DNA of 62,024 nt, the filler included, from Choristocarpus tenellus KU-1152 (Eukaryota > Protista > Phaeophyceae): the NCBI GenBank assembly GCA_964200185.2. It is 11 parts of 11 records of this genome, joined end to end, with 100 filler letters (N's around TTAATTAATTAA, not from the genome) between each part and the next. Parts side by side here need not be neighbours in the genome. Positions count along the whole stretch, not along the records: positions 30,934 to 37,200 come from CAXNAD020008528.1; positions 37,301 to 42,182 come from CAXNAD020012680.1; positions 42,283 to 48,045 come from CAXNAD020009810.1; positions 48,146 to 50,654 come from CAXNAD020027209.1; 7 more parts are not named here. One strand, 5' to 3'. Positions 35,857 through 49,953 of this stretch are shown here, piece by piece. The number at the start of each line of letters is the position of its first letter. Position 1 is the first letter of the stretch. The position numbers and the translations under genes were made by a program. The notes under the pieces are model-generated. The model saw only the letters and a list, made by a program, of their open reading frames with translations. It did not search any database and had not been told where the DNA came from.

Positions 35857-38306
35857 TGCCCCTGCAACCTCGGGTTCACCTAGCATTGAGATGTGCAGGG
35901 TGGAAATGAGGTGGGGCAGGTAGGTTAGTACTGTGACATAAAGATGGATGCGTTTGAACGAGGCGATGAAGACATAGAGCAAGATCCCGAGAAGACTCCA
36001 CTAGTAGAATATCAAAACCATGCACCCAAAAGCCCACCTGAGGGGAGGATCTGAATAGGACACGCCAAACCAATATACCCTTCCCTCAAACCTCAAGAAC
36101 CTCAAACTTTTGTGTTATCGTGGCTTATACTCTCCCACAACTCGCTCGCGAAACGCGCAGTTCCCACAAAATAAACAATTTCTGTCTCACACAAAAATTT
36201 AGTAAGAACAATCAATATTCGGACAACATAGCACTCAACATGTAATACTCATACCACTGGCAACAAAAACACATTTAACACTATGTCATGTCATATCACT
36301 CCAGTCCAACGCATATCACACTTAAGTTATCTGTTCAAGTTTAGTTCAAAACTTACATACCACATCCGATCATAAAACATAATTAACAGTCACTCAACAC
36401 AATCCAAATCGTGGTGGTAGTAGCACCCCATATTATGCTGTACTTACTGTAGCCCCAACGTTCTCCTTGAAGGATCGCTTTAACACTGCAAAACGAGCGT
36501 GGGGAGGGTTTACCTGATAATATGCTCTAGTTGCCAGAGAGAGAGAGAGAAAGAGGTGCACTTTTTAATTGCACAGGTAGGTAATGATGTGCAACAACAG
36601 GATCGGCCACAACCAACTTCTCAATCAAGCAGTACTTCACCCTACTGTTGCAGCATAAATCTTCATGAGTTTCATTTTAAGGAACATAAGAAAGGGCAAA
36701 AAGATGTAATTTTGTACAATTCCAGAAAGGGTTTTCGCTTAAAATTGTAGTGTCACTTTGTGTGTCGGAAGGAGGAATATAATTTTTGCGTAAAGATTAA
36801 AATAATTGTAGACATCAAGCAGTAAAAATGAGTGTATTCCATACGGTAAGAAAGATGGCTTAGAATGCAAAAGGGTACAAACCTGCCTACCTCTCGATTG
36901 GTTTGGCTCAATAAGGATTCAAGAATTGTCTCAATGTTAAAGAATCCTTTGGATAACGAATTATACTCCTACTAATTCGTAGTGAGGAATGATGAACATA
37001 CTTCCTTGATGAGCTTTGCAACCGGCATCTCTCCCTTGAACATAGACAGGCAGTAGCAATAATGCTACTCCACATCTCCGGATGACCCATGTAAGTAACT
37101 AAATGGATAACACAGGCACAGAGTATCTAACAGTCGATTTCAAAATTTGAGGATGGAGCTTTTCATTGAGGATGGGCTTGACCCAAAATTGACTGGGATA
37201 NNNNNNNNNNNNNNNNNNNNNNNNNNNNNNNNNNNNNNNNNNNNTTAATTAATTAANNNNNNNNNNNNNNNNNNNNNNNNNNNNNNNNNNNNNNNNNNNN
37301 CCAAAGGTGGGTAACATCAAATCTTGGGTACGAGGGGCTGGGGAGGGGGGGGGGGGGGCAAGCAATTGAACTTCGAACCTTCTTTTATGTTGTGATGATG
37401 TTTGGGCCTGTTGTGATGTATATAAAAAATAAAATAATATCCGATGACAGAACTCCTTTGTTTAAAATAACTAAAAAAATTCTCTGGTTTTGCCCTCAGT
37501 CAAAATCTTGATTTCTCATATCAACACACTCAGGCATCGACCCCAACCCTAACCCCCTGCCTAACCCTAACCCCAATCATAACCCAAATGTTGTATCCAT
37601 GTACAGCTCCAAACCCTAGCCCTAGTCCTAGTCCTAGTCCAAGCCACCGATCCTGATCCCCATAATAAAAAAAAAATCGATCCATATTGGTACATGTGCT
37701 GTTCACCCTGATACTCCAACAGAGGGGAGGGTGGAAAGCACTTCCCTAGGAAACAGAGATGTCATCAAATACTAGTAGTACTCTAAACACGACTTGATGA
37801 CTTCAAAGACCAGGGTCTTATCTACCCATCCATCCATCCATCCATCCATCCATTTCCACTACGATAGTAAGAATGGATTAAGGTTAGGGATTGTGCTAAG
37901 GAAATAACAAAAAAAATAGGATTACCGCACAACACTATCCACAGTTCAGGGTTAGGGTTAGGGTTATGGTTATGGGGTGAAGCGGACAAAACTTAGGGTT
38001 AGGGTTAGGGTTAGCAACGAGGATAAAAGAAAAAAGTGTATAGGGCTAGGGTTATGACTTGGAATTTAGCAGCACAAAAGGGTTAGGGTTAGGATGAAAA
38101 ACAAAACTTCAGTAGGTTTAGGGTTAGGGTTAAGGGATAAGGATAAAGAAAAATGTTTTCAGGAATAGGGTTAGGGCTAGAATGAAAAAAATACTTTAAA
38201 GATCGGGGGGGTTACCACTTCAACCCCCCTCTGCATCACAATCTGCCGCAGAGCAAAACACACAAAAAAATATATATATATATTTATAAATAAACCATCC
38301 CCTAAC

Positions 38307-39826
38307 CTTGGACGCCTTAAACGATACAGATCGCTGAACAGGATCAATCGCTGCCAACACCAGCCAATCCGCTCCCCCCCGCCCCCCCCCCGTACTGCTC
38401 GCCCAGCCCCCTGCAACCAGTCCCTGCTGCCCGGGGAGCCTCCTGAGAGAGGTGAACGCCACCTGCGGAGGAACAATCCACCGGGAAAAAATAATACAGT
38501 ATTAAAATAATATAATATTAAAACAGTATAATAAAAAAAAAGTATGAATCGAAAAGGCAGTTGTAGGATAGGTGTGTACGCAGGATGAAGAGATGTAAGA
38601 ATAAGAATAAGAATAAGAATAAGAATACTAATGCCAGTGAGATCATCCACATAGGTATGTGTGTGTGAGATTATAAACACACACTAGACCACCTCTCGTG
38701 GACAAGCAGCGTATTCACACCTAAGATCAGGTCTTGTTTGTAGCATTCACATATACATGCACTGAAACGCACGATCAGTCAGTCTGCATGCGCTCGCGCC
38801 ACCAACGCACGAGAGGAAGAACCAGCTACACAAAAAGGATTTTTCCAACACCTTGGAGGGCATTACACTTGTGGTTCGTGATAACTAGGCATACATTCGA
38901 GGGCTTTCCCTAACCCTATACCTCTGCACGTACGTGCTTGAAAGACAGTTTAAGGTACATGCTGGATGATGCAACACCTTTAAGGTACACGCTGCATAAT
39001 GCAACACCTTAAGGTGCATGCTGGATGATATCCTCTTATGGATGGAGTGTTCTGGTATGATGATGTTGGTTCTGTTAGTACTGATAACCTGGCGAGACGA
39101 GAATGTGATCTAAACTTCTTTGCACACTACACAATACTAATCTTCTTTGTACACTAAACAATACAAATCTTCTTTGAACACTAAACACTACTGATCTTCT
39201 TTGTACACTAAACGATACAAATCTGCTTTGCACACTAAACACCACTGATCTTCTTGTACACTAAACAATACAAATCTTCTTTGCACACTAAACACTACTG
39301 ATCTTCTTTGCACACTACAAAATACTAACCTTCTTTGTACACTAAACACTATAAATCTTCTTTGCACACTAAACACTACGGATCTTCTTTGTACACTAAA
39401 CAATACTAATCTTCTTTGTACAATAAATAATACTAATATTCTTTACACACTAAAAAATACTAATCTTCTTTGCACACACTACACAATACTAATCACAATA
39501 CTAATCACCACAAGAACCTTGATGAAAATGAGAGAGAGAGCAAGACCACCCTCCTTGACTTTACTGCCAGAGCATACAAGACCTGGGGAGCTCTCTCTTG
39601 CACACACTTCACCATCATCAGCACCACCACCACCACCACCACCACCACAACATACGTATTATGATACATATCCAACGTAAATTACAGTGTAAGTAATGCT
39701 CCTATCACAGTCAGTACCAACTAAAATATAGCAAGTGTCTATACACGGTTGAGATAGCACTAACCATATAGCCAGTGCTCCTGATCCTTTGACCACAGGA
39801 GTGCAAACAAAAAGCCGTTGTATACA

Positions 39827-39858
<32 letters not shown>

Positions 39859-40297
39859 TAATAATAGTAATAGTAATACTAATAACAATAGTAATAATAA
39901 TAATAGTAATAATAATAATAGTAATACTAATAATTATAACAATAACAATAGTAATAATAATAGTAATAATAATAATAATAATAATGATAATAATAATAAC
40001 AATAATAATAGTAATAATAATAATACTAATAATAATAACAATAATAATACTAATAATAATAACAATAATAATAATAGTAATAATAATAACAATAATAATA
40101 ATAGTAATAATAATAATAAAAATAAGAATAATAATATGTCAACACAGAATCAACCGTATAGTTGGTGTATTTAATGCTACTACTACAGTTCTAACGAGGT
40201 AAACATGTGTGTGTGTGTGTGCAGTGCACACACTATCAACAATTAACCGGGAACATCTGCGGATACACAGAGGGAGCATCAACCAAATTAAGAAATT

Positions 40298-40329
<32 letters not shown>

Positions 40330-40651
40330 AAATATATATATATATATATTCAAAAAAAGACGTGCCAATCATGCCCACGCTACCTGTACACAGCCCTACC
40401 TACCTTCCATACACAGAACAACTCGACGCCACATCAACGCTCAACGCATGCTGCTTCTGATCACACGACACAGACCACGTGTCTCAATCTTAGCATGCTT
40501 CTGACCATTACAAACGCCTCCTCACCTTAGCCTCTCTCCCAACAAGAGCTGCAAGGTCGGGCTCTCTCAATGGACTGCAAGACCACCTGGCCAGCTCATA
40601 GCCTGAGATAGAACTCAGAACATGGATGCCCCCACTGCCGAGAACCACAAC
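38307..40651 (-). CDS. Two internal exons of an unidentified protein (possibly beta-propeller)
   Basis: Phase-0 exons 40651-40526 (VVVLGSGGIHVLSSISGYELARWSC...) and 38462-38307 (VAFTSLRRLPGQQGLVAGGW...DWLVLAAIDPVQRSVSFKASK), both with AG/GT boundaries. Confidence 0.5.
39116..39495. repeat. 27-bp minisatellite, about 14 copies
   Basis: Unit approximately TTCTTTGYACACTAAACAMTACTAATC. Confidence 0.9.
39827..40135. repeat. (AAT)n microsatellite with AAC/AGT/ACT variants
   Basis: Direct inspection. It produces the spurious poly-N and poly-I ORFs. Confidence 0.97.
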
Positions 40652-41572
40652 CTTGACACAAGATGTAACAACATGTAACAACATGTAACAACATGTAACA
40701 ACATCAGGTACAGGCATGGTGCACCCAAAAAATGTGTTGCAGTTGTCAATTAATAGCTGATAATTGCAACATGATGAGGATGTTTTGCTCTCAAAGTAGC
40801 CTGTTAAAATGGTAGGTAAGGCTGTTGACAAGTGTGTAGGGGGTTGGTCAATCAATTGTGGTGCCACTTCAACAACCGTACAACAAACGCTTGGAAAAGA
40901 ACAGCAACACTTTTGGCCAATAGAAAGCATTCACTAAATCTGAAGGGCAACATTATGCACCAACGGGGGGAGCCCTTACTTTGCATACAGTCAAGAATAG
41001 GAGGTCGTTCCAAGCAGGCACAAATGTCTACACTGATGGGAAAGACTCGACCTTGAATTCAGCCAATAGTAGAAGGAACTCAATCCAAATGGACAGCAAC
41101 ATATTTTGTGGGAACATTAGTAGCCTCAACTTTCCATTCAGTCAATAGGGTTAATTCATTTTAGCTCACTCTGCAACCTCCCATATGATATCCAGAATGT
41201 ATGCATAGTCCTTATTGGTAGAAGTAGCATTAGCACTAGTCAAAATTTACTTCACTAATTACTAGACGTGCAGTAGCATCGCCTCCACGGACATACACAC
41301 ATAGGAAAACCTTCCACTGAATTGGGTCAATAGCAACCTCCCGTATCCCAGAAAGAACAAGTTAAACTATTATGATTATGACAACATGTCATTATATTTA
41401 TTATGATTATGATTATTTTTAATATAATTATTATTTTTAACTTGAACGTACAGCAACGGCGTATGAATATTTCAACATACACCAATAGGAAACCCTCTAC
41501 CTCAAATTCAGCCAACAGCATTAATGTCTCACTTTACTCCATCTCTATAATTAAAAGTAGCCAACATCATAA

Positions 41573-41605
<33 letters not shown>

Positions 41606-41689
41606 CATACATATCGATGATGTTAGCAATATTACTACTTCCATAAAACATCACTAGCAGGTAACGCATATCAATACAGATCAATATAG

Positions 41690-41815
41690 ATCAATACAGA
41701 TCAATATAGATCAATACAGATCAATATAGATCAATACAGATCAATATAGATCAATACACATCAATATACATCAATATACATCAATATACATCAATATACA
41801 TCAGTATACATCAAA
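41690..41815. repeat. 10-bp minisatellite (ATCAATAYAS)n
   Basis: Alternating ATCAATACAG/ATCAATATAG units, then ATCAATATAC units. Confidence 0.92.
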
Positions 41816-42076
41816 AATCAGTGTCGTATTGTGTCGCAGCTCTCAGTTACCAATCCTACTACAACGTAGAGGTCAAAGGCCAACACAAATCAACTGCAGT
41901 GTGTACACCACCATCGCAAGGACTTGTTGAAATATCAATAGCAAGTTGACATATCAATAGCAAGTTGACACACCAATGGCAAGAGCGCTACTCAGTCAAG
42001 ATTCAGGAAAAGCCTGTTGGGAAATACCATGGTAATGAACTCACTATGTGGTGGTTACATATATATATATATATTA

Positions 42077-42077
<1 letters not shown>

Positions 42078-42107
<30 letters not shown>

Positions 42108-42152
42108 TGTATGTATGTATGTATGTATGTATGTATGTATGTATGTATGTAT
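42078..42152. repeat. (ATGT)n microsatellite
   Basis: Direct inspection. Confidence 0.95.
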
Positions 42153-44533
42153 CAGTGTGTTTGTTTGATGACTTGATACGATNNNNNNNNNNNNNNNNNN
42201 NNNNNNNNNNNNNNNNNNNNNNNNNNTTAATTAATTAANNNNNNNNNNNNNNNNNNNNNNNNNNNNNNNNNNNNNNNNNNNNGGGGGTGGGGGGGAATTG
42301 TTGAGTGCAGTTTGTTTATTGTGTAGGTAGGCGCTTTTTGTCCAGTTGTGGTTGCCTGCTACCACTGATGTTTTTATTGTTTGAGGCATACAAGAGATCG
42401 TTTGTCTCGTGAGTAGACTTTGGTTTTAGTGTCTTTGAAATGGTCCATCGAGTTGTTGGATATGCTCTTGGCCGAGGCTGTTTTGTTCAGGTCTTGTGCA
42501 AGGGGTCTGTTTTGGCCTCTCGTGTGTAAAAAAAAAATGTTTTAAAAATAGGAACAATTAAATTGTATACTGTATTTAGAGTTGTCACGTTTGTAGTTTT
42601 GCTGTTGTCCATCTCGGAAAGGAGTGAGAAAGGTTTGTTATAGCGTAATGAAGTGATGACCTGATCTCAAACAATGTCAGTCAAGACCTCTGTGTAAGAG
42701 TATTTACTGTTCTGATTTTGTTTTGTTTTGTTTTGTGTCTTTGACTTCCGAAAATGAAATTAGAAGCATCACAAATCGCTTTTGAGGCACAACTCCCCCC
42801 CTCCCCCCAGAAAATAAATTGGCCCTGTAACATGATGAAATACTTTTTTTTGCATGGGGAGTGGGACGATGTAAAGGTGGTTTGTCACCCTTGTGATTTG
42901 GAGGTTGCACTCACCCTCCCCCACTTTTCCATAAGTGTGTGAAGGAGCAAGATGCAGTGAGAGCTTTCTGCAAAGACACTACTATTGAAGCACTTCACAA
43001 TAGCTCATGATTTTATAATGATTTGATTTCAGGGGGAGGGGGGGTTATCGAGGTTAGGCCGATTCACTCCTGTGATTGGTTGAACCATTATGGAATCCCT
43101 CGGATGAATTTGCTCTATTGCAAGAAGTGTTTAATCGGACGCTTTTATCCTAGGCGGTTCTAGAAACCCTAACCTTGAGGCAAAGGGTGTGAGCGCATTG
43201 TGTAATGGTAGGATAGAGGATAATGACTTGTTAAATCTATACTTAGGGTTAGGGTTAGGTGGTGGGTGACAACACAAGCGCTTGCCAGGACCGACCCAAG
43301 GACCTGGTGCCTACCAGGAGGAAGGACCTGTTGGGTCTGAGATGTTGTTTACGGTGCAGGGGGCGAATGTGTTGGTGCCAGGGTGATCCGATGATCTGAT
43401 CTGATGTGATGATCAGATCATCTGACGAATACGTGGGAGTATGAGTATGAGAATTATCGAGGGGGCGAGGGTTAGGGTTAGGGTTAGGGTTAGGGTTAGT
43501 TCAAGGCCGTTAAACTACTGACTTGTGAGTGTGTTGTGTTTTCTTAGACAGATGGCGACAGAGCAAGAGGCTGCCCTAACCCTAACCCTAACCCTCGTTA
43601 GTTAACTCCTTCCGAGTTCCTTGGCGTGTGTGGCTCAAGAGGTCATTGTGTCGGTAAGGGAGGGGGTGGGGTGTGGGATCAAGGCACTCTCCCTCCTAGT
43701 CAAAGTATTGAGATTTGAAACGTAGTTTTTTGTTTGTTTGTTTTTAGCACAGTGAGAGTTTGTCTACCTGCAAATGAATTGATTGTGTGGATTGTCTCGT
43801 TAAGTTGCAGCATTCAACCTCAGTTAGGGTTAGGGTTAGGTTAGAGTCTGGCCACATTTCAAAGAGGCCTAGGTGTGCTGGAATGCTCAGTACTTGTGTA
43901 GAATTTCGCGACCATGGTAGTGTAGCTACCTTAATCTACGTTAATCTATGTTAATCTACCTTATGTTAATCTACCTTACGTTAATCTCATTGATGGTGCT
44001 ACCTCGAGAATGATCGGCGGTATTGGATCTGCAATGTCTCTTGCCTAGCATTAAGGTTAGGGTTGGTTTGGTCTCCAACTTCTGTTACCACTTTCTGGGA
44101 TAGTTTTCTGTTTCTTTTAAATGTCGGGTCGATTTGTGCTTAGGGTTAGGGTTCTGAGGTGCGTGGAATGCACCACAAGATTCCGTTTGATCCGTTTGAT
44201 GTGTGTGTGCGTGGAAGAGCTACTGCTGTCGTTGAACCTGTTGTTGTTCTGCTGGACACGGTGGTTGATTGGTTTGATCTTCTGGAAAGTGAAACTGTTG
44301 TGAGAGATTGTGAAGCAACAGAAGTCGGACTTTGTGGCAGGCAAAATAAAAAAAATGAGATATATGTATTATGTGTGTATTATGTATGTATTATGTATTA
44401 TGTATGTTCGCTGAACTGACTGTTACCTTCCTCTGTCGAGGTGGATGAGTCGGTGACATTATGTCCGTGTCGAAGGCGTTTGAGTCATTTGATTTTGTGA
44501 TGTTTGTTGTTCAGGGTCACGTTCTGCACCATT

Positions 44534-44572
<39 letters not shown>

Positions 44573-45755
44573 ATCATCCAACACGTGGTGTTGATGATCG
44601 GTTGGTGTTTTTGTTCTTTGATAAACGGTTCTGAGGCGGTTACGTGCGATACGTAGCTGGAGCGGTTTTTTTTTCATTTTTTTGGACCAATGTCTTTTGC
44701 CTTTCCTGTTGCGTAATTATTTTTACGTATTTTGCGTAAGCCCAAGGCTGACTGTAGAGGTCTGTTGGTTTTGTTGATGTACCCCCCTGTTGTAGAACTA
44801 GAATGACCACAACATGAGAGTAGAGCTTTGTTCTTGCAGAATCGCCCCTGTCGTGTTCTTCCTCCATGGCTGCTCATATTCAATTGCATTGCCCCCGGAA
44901 AACTCCAAACTCCTCATTAAACGTACACGATTTTTTTGTCAGGGTTAGGGTTAGGGCTTACTGGATCTATGAACATTATTATGGTCCGATTTGTTTTTGA
45001 TTTTTTTTGAGCGCTTGTTTTGAACATAGATGGATTTTGCTGCTCTCTCTTGTTAGCATTGTGTAGTGAATGTGTTTGCGTTGTCATCCCTTGGGCAGAG
45101 TACGCCTATTTTTTTAGTGCTCCTCGTAGTGCTTTTGTCTATATAATTGTTGTTGTCATTTGTTGGCCTTGGTGGACCGAGCACGTAAAGTGATAATGAA
45201 TGCCCTTGACAATAAGAACAACACACACAGACACACACACATGTGGAGACACCTAGAGTAACTGTGGTTTCAATGCCGCTGTGTCATAAATTAGAGGAAT
45301 TGTTTACACAACTGCATCACAGCAAGCTGTAAGATCTAGGTGGCGTGCCTTCCTTCTTGTGTGATGGATTTAGCCCTTCATCGCTTGTCTGCTCCCCCTC
45401 CTTCATCTGTGAGTCTAAGTTTGTACTTACGGGTCAACATTGACAGGCGTTTGTATTAATGAAGCTACATTCTTCGGCCTAGTGCAATTGAGAGGCGTTT
45501 GTGTTTGTGTGCTGAGGCCTGGGGTTTGTGAGGCTTGATTAATATACTATTATTTATTTATTTTCCACCCAGACCAAGGAAACAAGATTTCTATGAAATG
45601 AAAATCTTGTCTCAACTGAGAACTTCAGCTCAGGCACAACTTAAGAGCAGGAATGTCGGATTTCAACGCATTTAAGTTATGAGCACGCTCTCTTTTTGGT
45701 AGCTGCATGACCGTCAGTCTCTATGTAAATGTCTTTGTTTTATATCTTTGCCCAG

Positions 45756-45881
45756 GGGTGATGTGCGGTCAGGTGCTGTGGCTCCAGGGCAGTTGGTGGT
45801 GATGACCTCAACAGAGCTCATGGCCAAAGATAAGCGAGAGCAGATGGACAAGGCCAGTAATGACCGCACAGAGGCACGAAT
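45756..45881 (+). CDS. Exon encoding the C-terminal half of a TFIIS central (M) domain
   Basis: CCCAG|G-GDVRSGAVAPGQLVVMTSTELMAKDKREQMDKASNDRTEAR|GTGAGA matches the TFIIS_M pattern V.SG.I.P..LV.MT.EEL. A further candidate exon lies at 47878-48045. It could be TFIIS itself or a PHF3/SPOC-like protein. Confidence 0.6.
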
Positions 45882-46452
45882 GTGAGAGGGTTAGGGGGAG
45901 GGAGGTAGTAAGAGGAAAGCTAGAGTGCTCCACTTTGGAGTGTTGTGTTTTGTGGATAGTTGTACTGAGACGTAGGATGAGGTTTCACATATTACTTGTA
46001 TGTTGCTTGTAATAGAGGTATATCAGCGCTGTGTGATTGGTGGATAGTTCAAAACACTTTCCACAGGAAAAAAAAAAAAAATCGGCAGTGGTTTCTTAGC
46101 ATGCTCTCCCCCATCAAGTGCGCTTGTTAAGTATCCAAATAGTTTCGTGGGGATTTTGTGGATCTTTTTTAGAATGTCAAGGTCGTGGACAGAGCGCAAT
46201 GGATATTTTTGGGATATAGGGTTAGGGTTAGGGTTAGGGGTTTTCCCGTCCGTTCTCGTGAGGTATTTTTTGGGCAAGAAAGTCTCCACTGCCTGTGTCA
46301 AACGTATCAATACGTATCAATATGTATCAATGAAAAAAGGGTTTTTTAGCAAGACCTAGGTAGTGGAAGAAGGGCCAGGAAATTAGAATAGTCCGGCCCG
46401 CTGTCCAGATTGAGTCTACCTTTCTTGTTTTTAACCCTTAACTAATGTTTTT

Positions 46453-46990
46453 AAACGTTTTACCCTTGATGAAATGAAATGTCAAGGTACAATGACGATG
46501 ATGTATTTAAACGTTTTACCCTTGATGAAATGAGATGTCAAGATACAATAACGATGATGTATTTCTATTCGATTTTTATTTTTTGTTAAGTCTCTGAAAT
46601 GATTTTTTAAAAAATAGAAAATAATATAGAACTCTCAGTGAATGTTTTATATTTATTCCTGACACTAGAAGTGCGGGATACAAAGTACAACTAAAGTGAA
46701 TGCAAAATTGGGAGGCGTGACCGTGACAAGAACGGCCCAAGTCTAAGAAATATATTTGCCTGAGTAGCCTTAGATTAAATGTTCTGACAAGGCTGAGTCC
46801 ATGTCCATCAATTACTCAACATGATTGGTTAACATGATTAGGGCCACCGACAGGCTGTGTGCAACCAAGTTCAAACATGGTCGTGTCCTTGTCCATCAAT
46901 TACTCAACATGATTGGTCAACATGACCGGAACTGCCACCCAGCCATGTACAACCAAGTTCAAACATGGCTGAGTCGATGGTCATTGACCG
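46453..46990. repeat. Local tandem duplications (about 55 bp at 46453-46562, about 87 bp at 46795-46975)
   Basis: TAAACGTTTTACCCTTGATGAAATG.. twice; GTCCATCAATTACTCAACATGATTGG..CAACCAAGTTCAAACATGG twice. Confidence 0.85.
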
Positions 46991-48187
46991 TTTCAACATG
47001 GCAGGGACACAGGTCCGCCCGTGGCCATATGGCTGACAGTGGACATGCTAACTACATGGCCCAGTGAAATGCCCAAGTAAAATTGCCTTTGAAAGAGGTG
47101 TGATCTTTTTGATAATTCTCACCAACCTTTTCGATCCAGTGGCCGATTCTTGTGGCCTTACACTACTTGGAGGCTATGTGCTATGACCTAACCAATTGTC
47201 AACAATTTACCAGTGAGAGCTGATTCAAGTGTAATTGTAAATCACAAATCGTCTTCCTTGTTCTCAACTGTAGATACTCTACTGATTTGATGTGGTTTGC
47301 CCCAGTTTTGTTCTGCTATGCCTCTTTTGCTTTAGGCTGCAGACTGTTTGATGAAGGCGTTGTGCTGAAGGTAGAGGTAACGATATCACAGAAGGAATTA
47401 GCGAGTAGGAGATAAAAAAAAAGTTGGTTTCTAGACTGCTTTTTTCTTTTTCTTTTTCTTGAGTTAAAAATGTAGAAATTCTATGCCTGCTCTTTGCTGC
47501 ATCGCTAGCAAAGCCCTCACGGTCTGTCAGCGCTGAGTGGTACATTGCAAACATTAGACAAAGACAGATTCTGATGTTCCACACACGGTGACTCTTTTTC
47601 TGGAGGGGAGAACTAGGTGTTGGACAAGAGGCACCTAGAAGTTGAGAGGTCAGTTTCGGGATTGTCTGATTGTGTTGAGAATAGTCTCAACCTCACAACA
47701 TACACCGGGACAACATTTCTTTCATGTTGCACAACATGGTTTCAGGTTTGCACAGGTCAGAGTCCTTCATGAGATACAATTTATCCCACACAGGGGTATC
47801 ACAGTTATGATATTATTATTTTGGGGTCTGATGACTTCTCGTTGGGCTGTATTGTGAGGAAGTTTGAGCTCAGATAGGTGGGCAAGGGGCAGAACACGAG
47901 GGAGGAGAAGAAGACAAAGACAGACACAGAGGTCAAGTTGCTAGCCTTGAGAAAGGATACCAGATGTGGCCAGATGGAGAATTTGGAGCTGAAGACAAGC
48001 AAGGAGGATGAAGAGAGCGTGCCAAGGAAACACCTCATTGCGCCCNNNNNNNNNNNNNNNNNNNNNNNNNNNNNNNNNNNNNNNNNNNNTTAATTAATTA
48101 ANNNNNNNNNNNNNNNNNNNNNNNNNNNNNNNNNNNNNNNNNNNNTTTTTTCTTTTTTTTTTTTATCAATTTTTTTTTTATTTTTTT

Positions 48188-48225
<38 letters not shown>

Positions 48226-48269
48226 ACCCCTGCCTTGACCCCTTCCGTCCCTACTACTGTGTATGATAG

Positions 48270-49953
48270 GGGTCTATTGTTTTCAAGAAGAAGGCCCTCT
48301 TCAAGAATAACCTCAACGACAACGGCGGTGCAGATGAGCCTGGAGAGGGTGGTGCCATCTACAATGGCAAGAGTGGAACCATAGACTTCAGGAAAAAACT
48401 CACTATGGTCAACAATAGGAACAGTGTGAGTAGACAGTGCAGTACCTACTCGCTTCCACAAAGTTGAGCTCATTGACTTAAATCTGGAGCACTCAATGGT
48501 TCCCTTCAATTATTATTATTATTTTGTGTGCCTTGTTCAGTGATAGGTGGTTTGCATTAGCAAATTGTAACTGTGTGTTGCGGCACCATTTTGGCAGTTT
48601 TGTGTAGCAGAAGGCCTCTGGTAAGCAGATGTGTATTCCCTCTAGCTTCCAGATAAGTCTTGTTCTAAGTATTACCTTCGCCTTTTACAAACGGTCTGCG
48701 GGGATAAGCAGCAGATTCATGTGTTGGTGTTGTCTTTTTAGGATAACATAGATTTCTACTCTACTTGTAGTGAAATAACATCACGTCCTGATTTATTTTT
48801 TTCTGAAGAGATTCCCAGTATATCATGTACTACAGTTTGTGAGTGCCGTAGTCCTCAGCCTGGTCAGGCTTCTTACAGAATTATATCATTTAAAGAATCA
48901 CTATTGTATGCCCCATGATACACTGACAATGTAAAGTTGCTCTGTAGTGCATAATTGTAATCCGTAAATGTTTTTTTTCTACTTTATTTCCCCCCTCAAG
49001 TCTACCTCCCCCTTTGCCTCCCTTGTACATGGTAAAGGCACTCTAGTTTTCAGATATTTACCGCCATGCTTCCCTTTGTTCCCATTTCCTGTGCACACAC
49101 TCCTCTTTGTTACACATGCGCATGAACAAACCCACTTGGGTCATGTAAAATTGTTGAAGGGGTCATCAAGCAGTAATGGGGGGGGTATCTACAACCTGGG
49201 AAAGGTTACGGTGAAAGGAGATGCCGTCTTCAAAAAGAACAGGGGCCAGGTGAGGAGCGCCTGAAGACATACAACTATTTCGACCAGAGTACCTAGTGTA
49301 GTTCTACCTTCCCGATCTTGATGATTGGTTTCATGGGTGATGGATTTCCTGTTGCACTGTGAACCAAAATACAGCACTTCTGTGGAGTCCTATGGTGGTG
49401 CCTGTAGCACCTTGTAAAAGCCCATGGGGGCCCAGGCTACCTTCTGTCTGATCTAAGGAGGGTGCTGTTTGTAGATGGATTGTGTGTGTTAGTCTATGCC
49501 TTGCGCTTGCCCCAAACCCCTGGAAGGTACAAGGGTCAGGGATGTTGAAGTGCTGCTAATTGTGCAGTCTAGTGTTTTGTTTTGCATCATCTTGGAGTGG
49601 TACACGCCTTCACAGAACGTATGTTTCAAAGGAATTTATTCCATTTACACTAGACTTCATGCTATGATTTTTGAAAATCTGGAACACAGATTGTGCTCCC
49701 TCTGCTCACCTTGAACATATACCTCAGATCATGTCCCGAGCTGTATCCATTTGATGGCTGTAGGAAGAGGATGCCTCTAGAAGGAGACTGCAAATATGTA
49801 CTGTGTAGATGAGGTACTTTGTGTTCTCAAGTAGCACAAACCCTAACCCTTCCTCTTACTGCCGTTGCTCAGGGGGGAGGGTGTCTCTGGAATGAGGGTG
49901 GCAAGGTCATCTTCAAGGGCCCAGCTGTCTTCAGAGACAGCTTCACCGAGGAT
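48270..49953 (+). CDS. Polymorphic-outer-membrane-protein-like (GGAIxN/FxxN) beta-helix repeat protein, three internal exons
   Basis: Phase-0 exons 48270-48425 (FKNN...GEGGAIYNGKSGTIDF), 49160-49249 (NGGGIYNLGKVTVKGDAVFKKN) and 49873-49953 (GGGCLWNEGGKVIFKGPAVFRDS). Confidence 0.85.

Noticed and set aside
39116-39495. 27-bp array as CRISPR or as a repeat protein (FSVQRRSVV)n
   Set aside because: Head-to-tail units with no unique spacers and no cas genes. Indels break the frame, and it is intronic.
39789-40202. Poly-Ile and poly-Asn ORFs
   Set aside because: Translations of an (AAT)n microsatellite.
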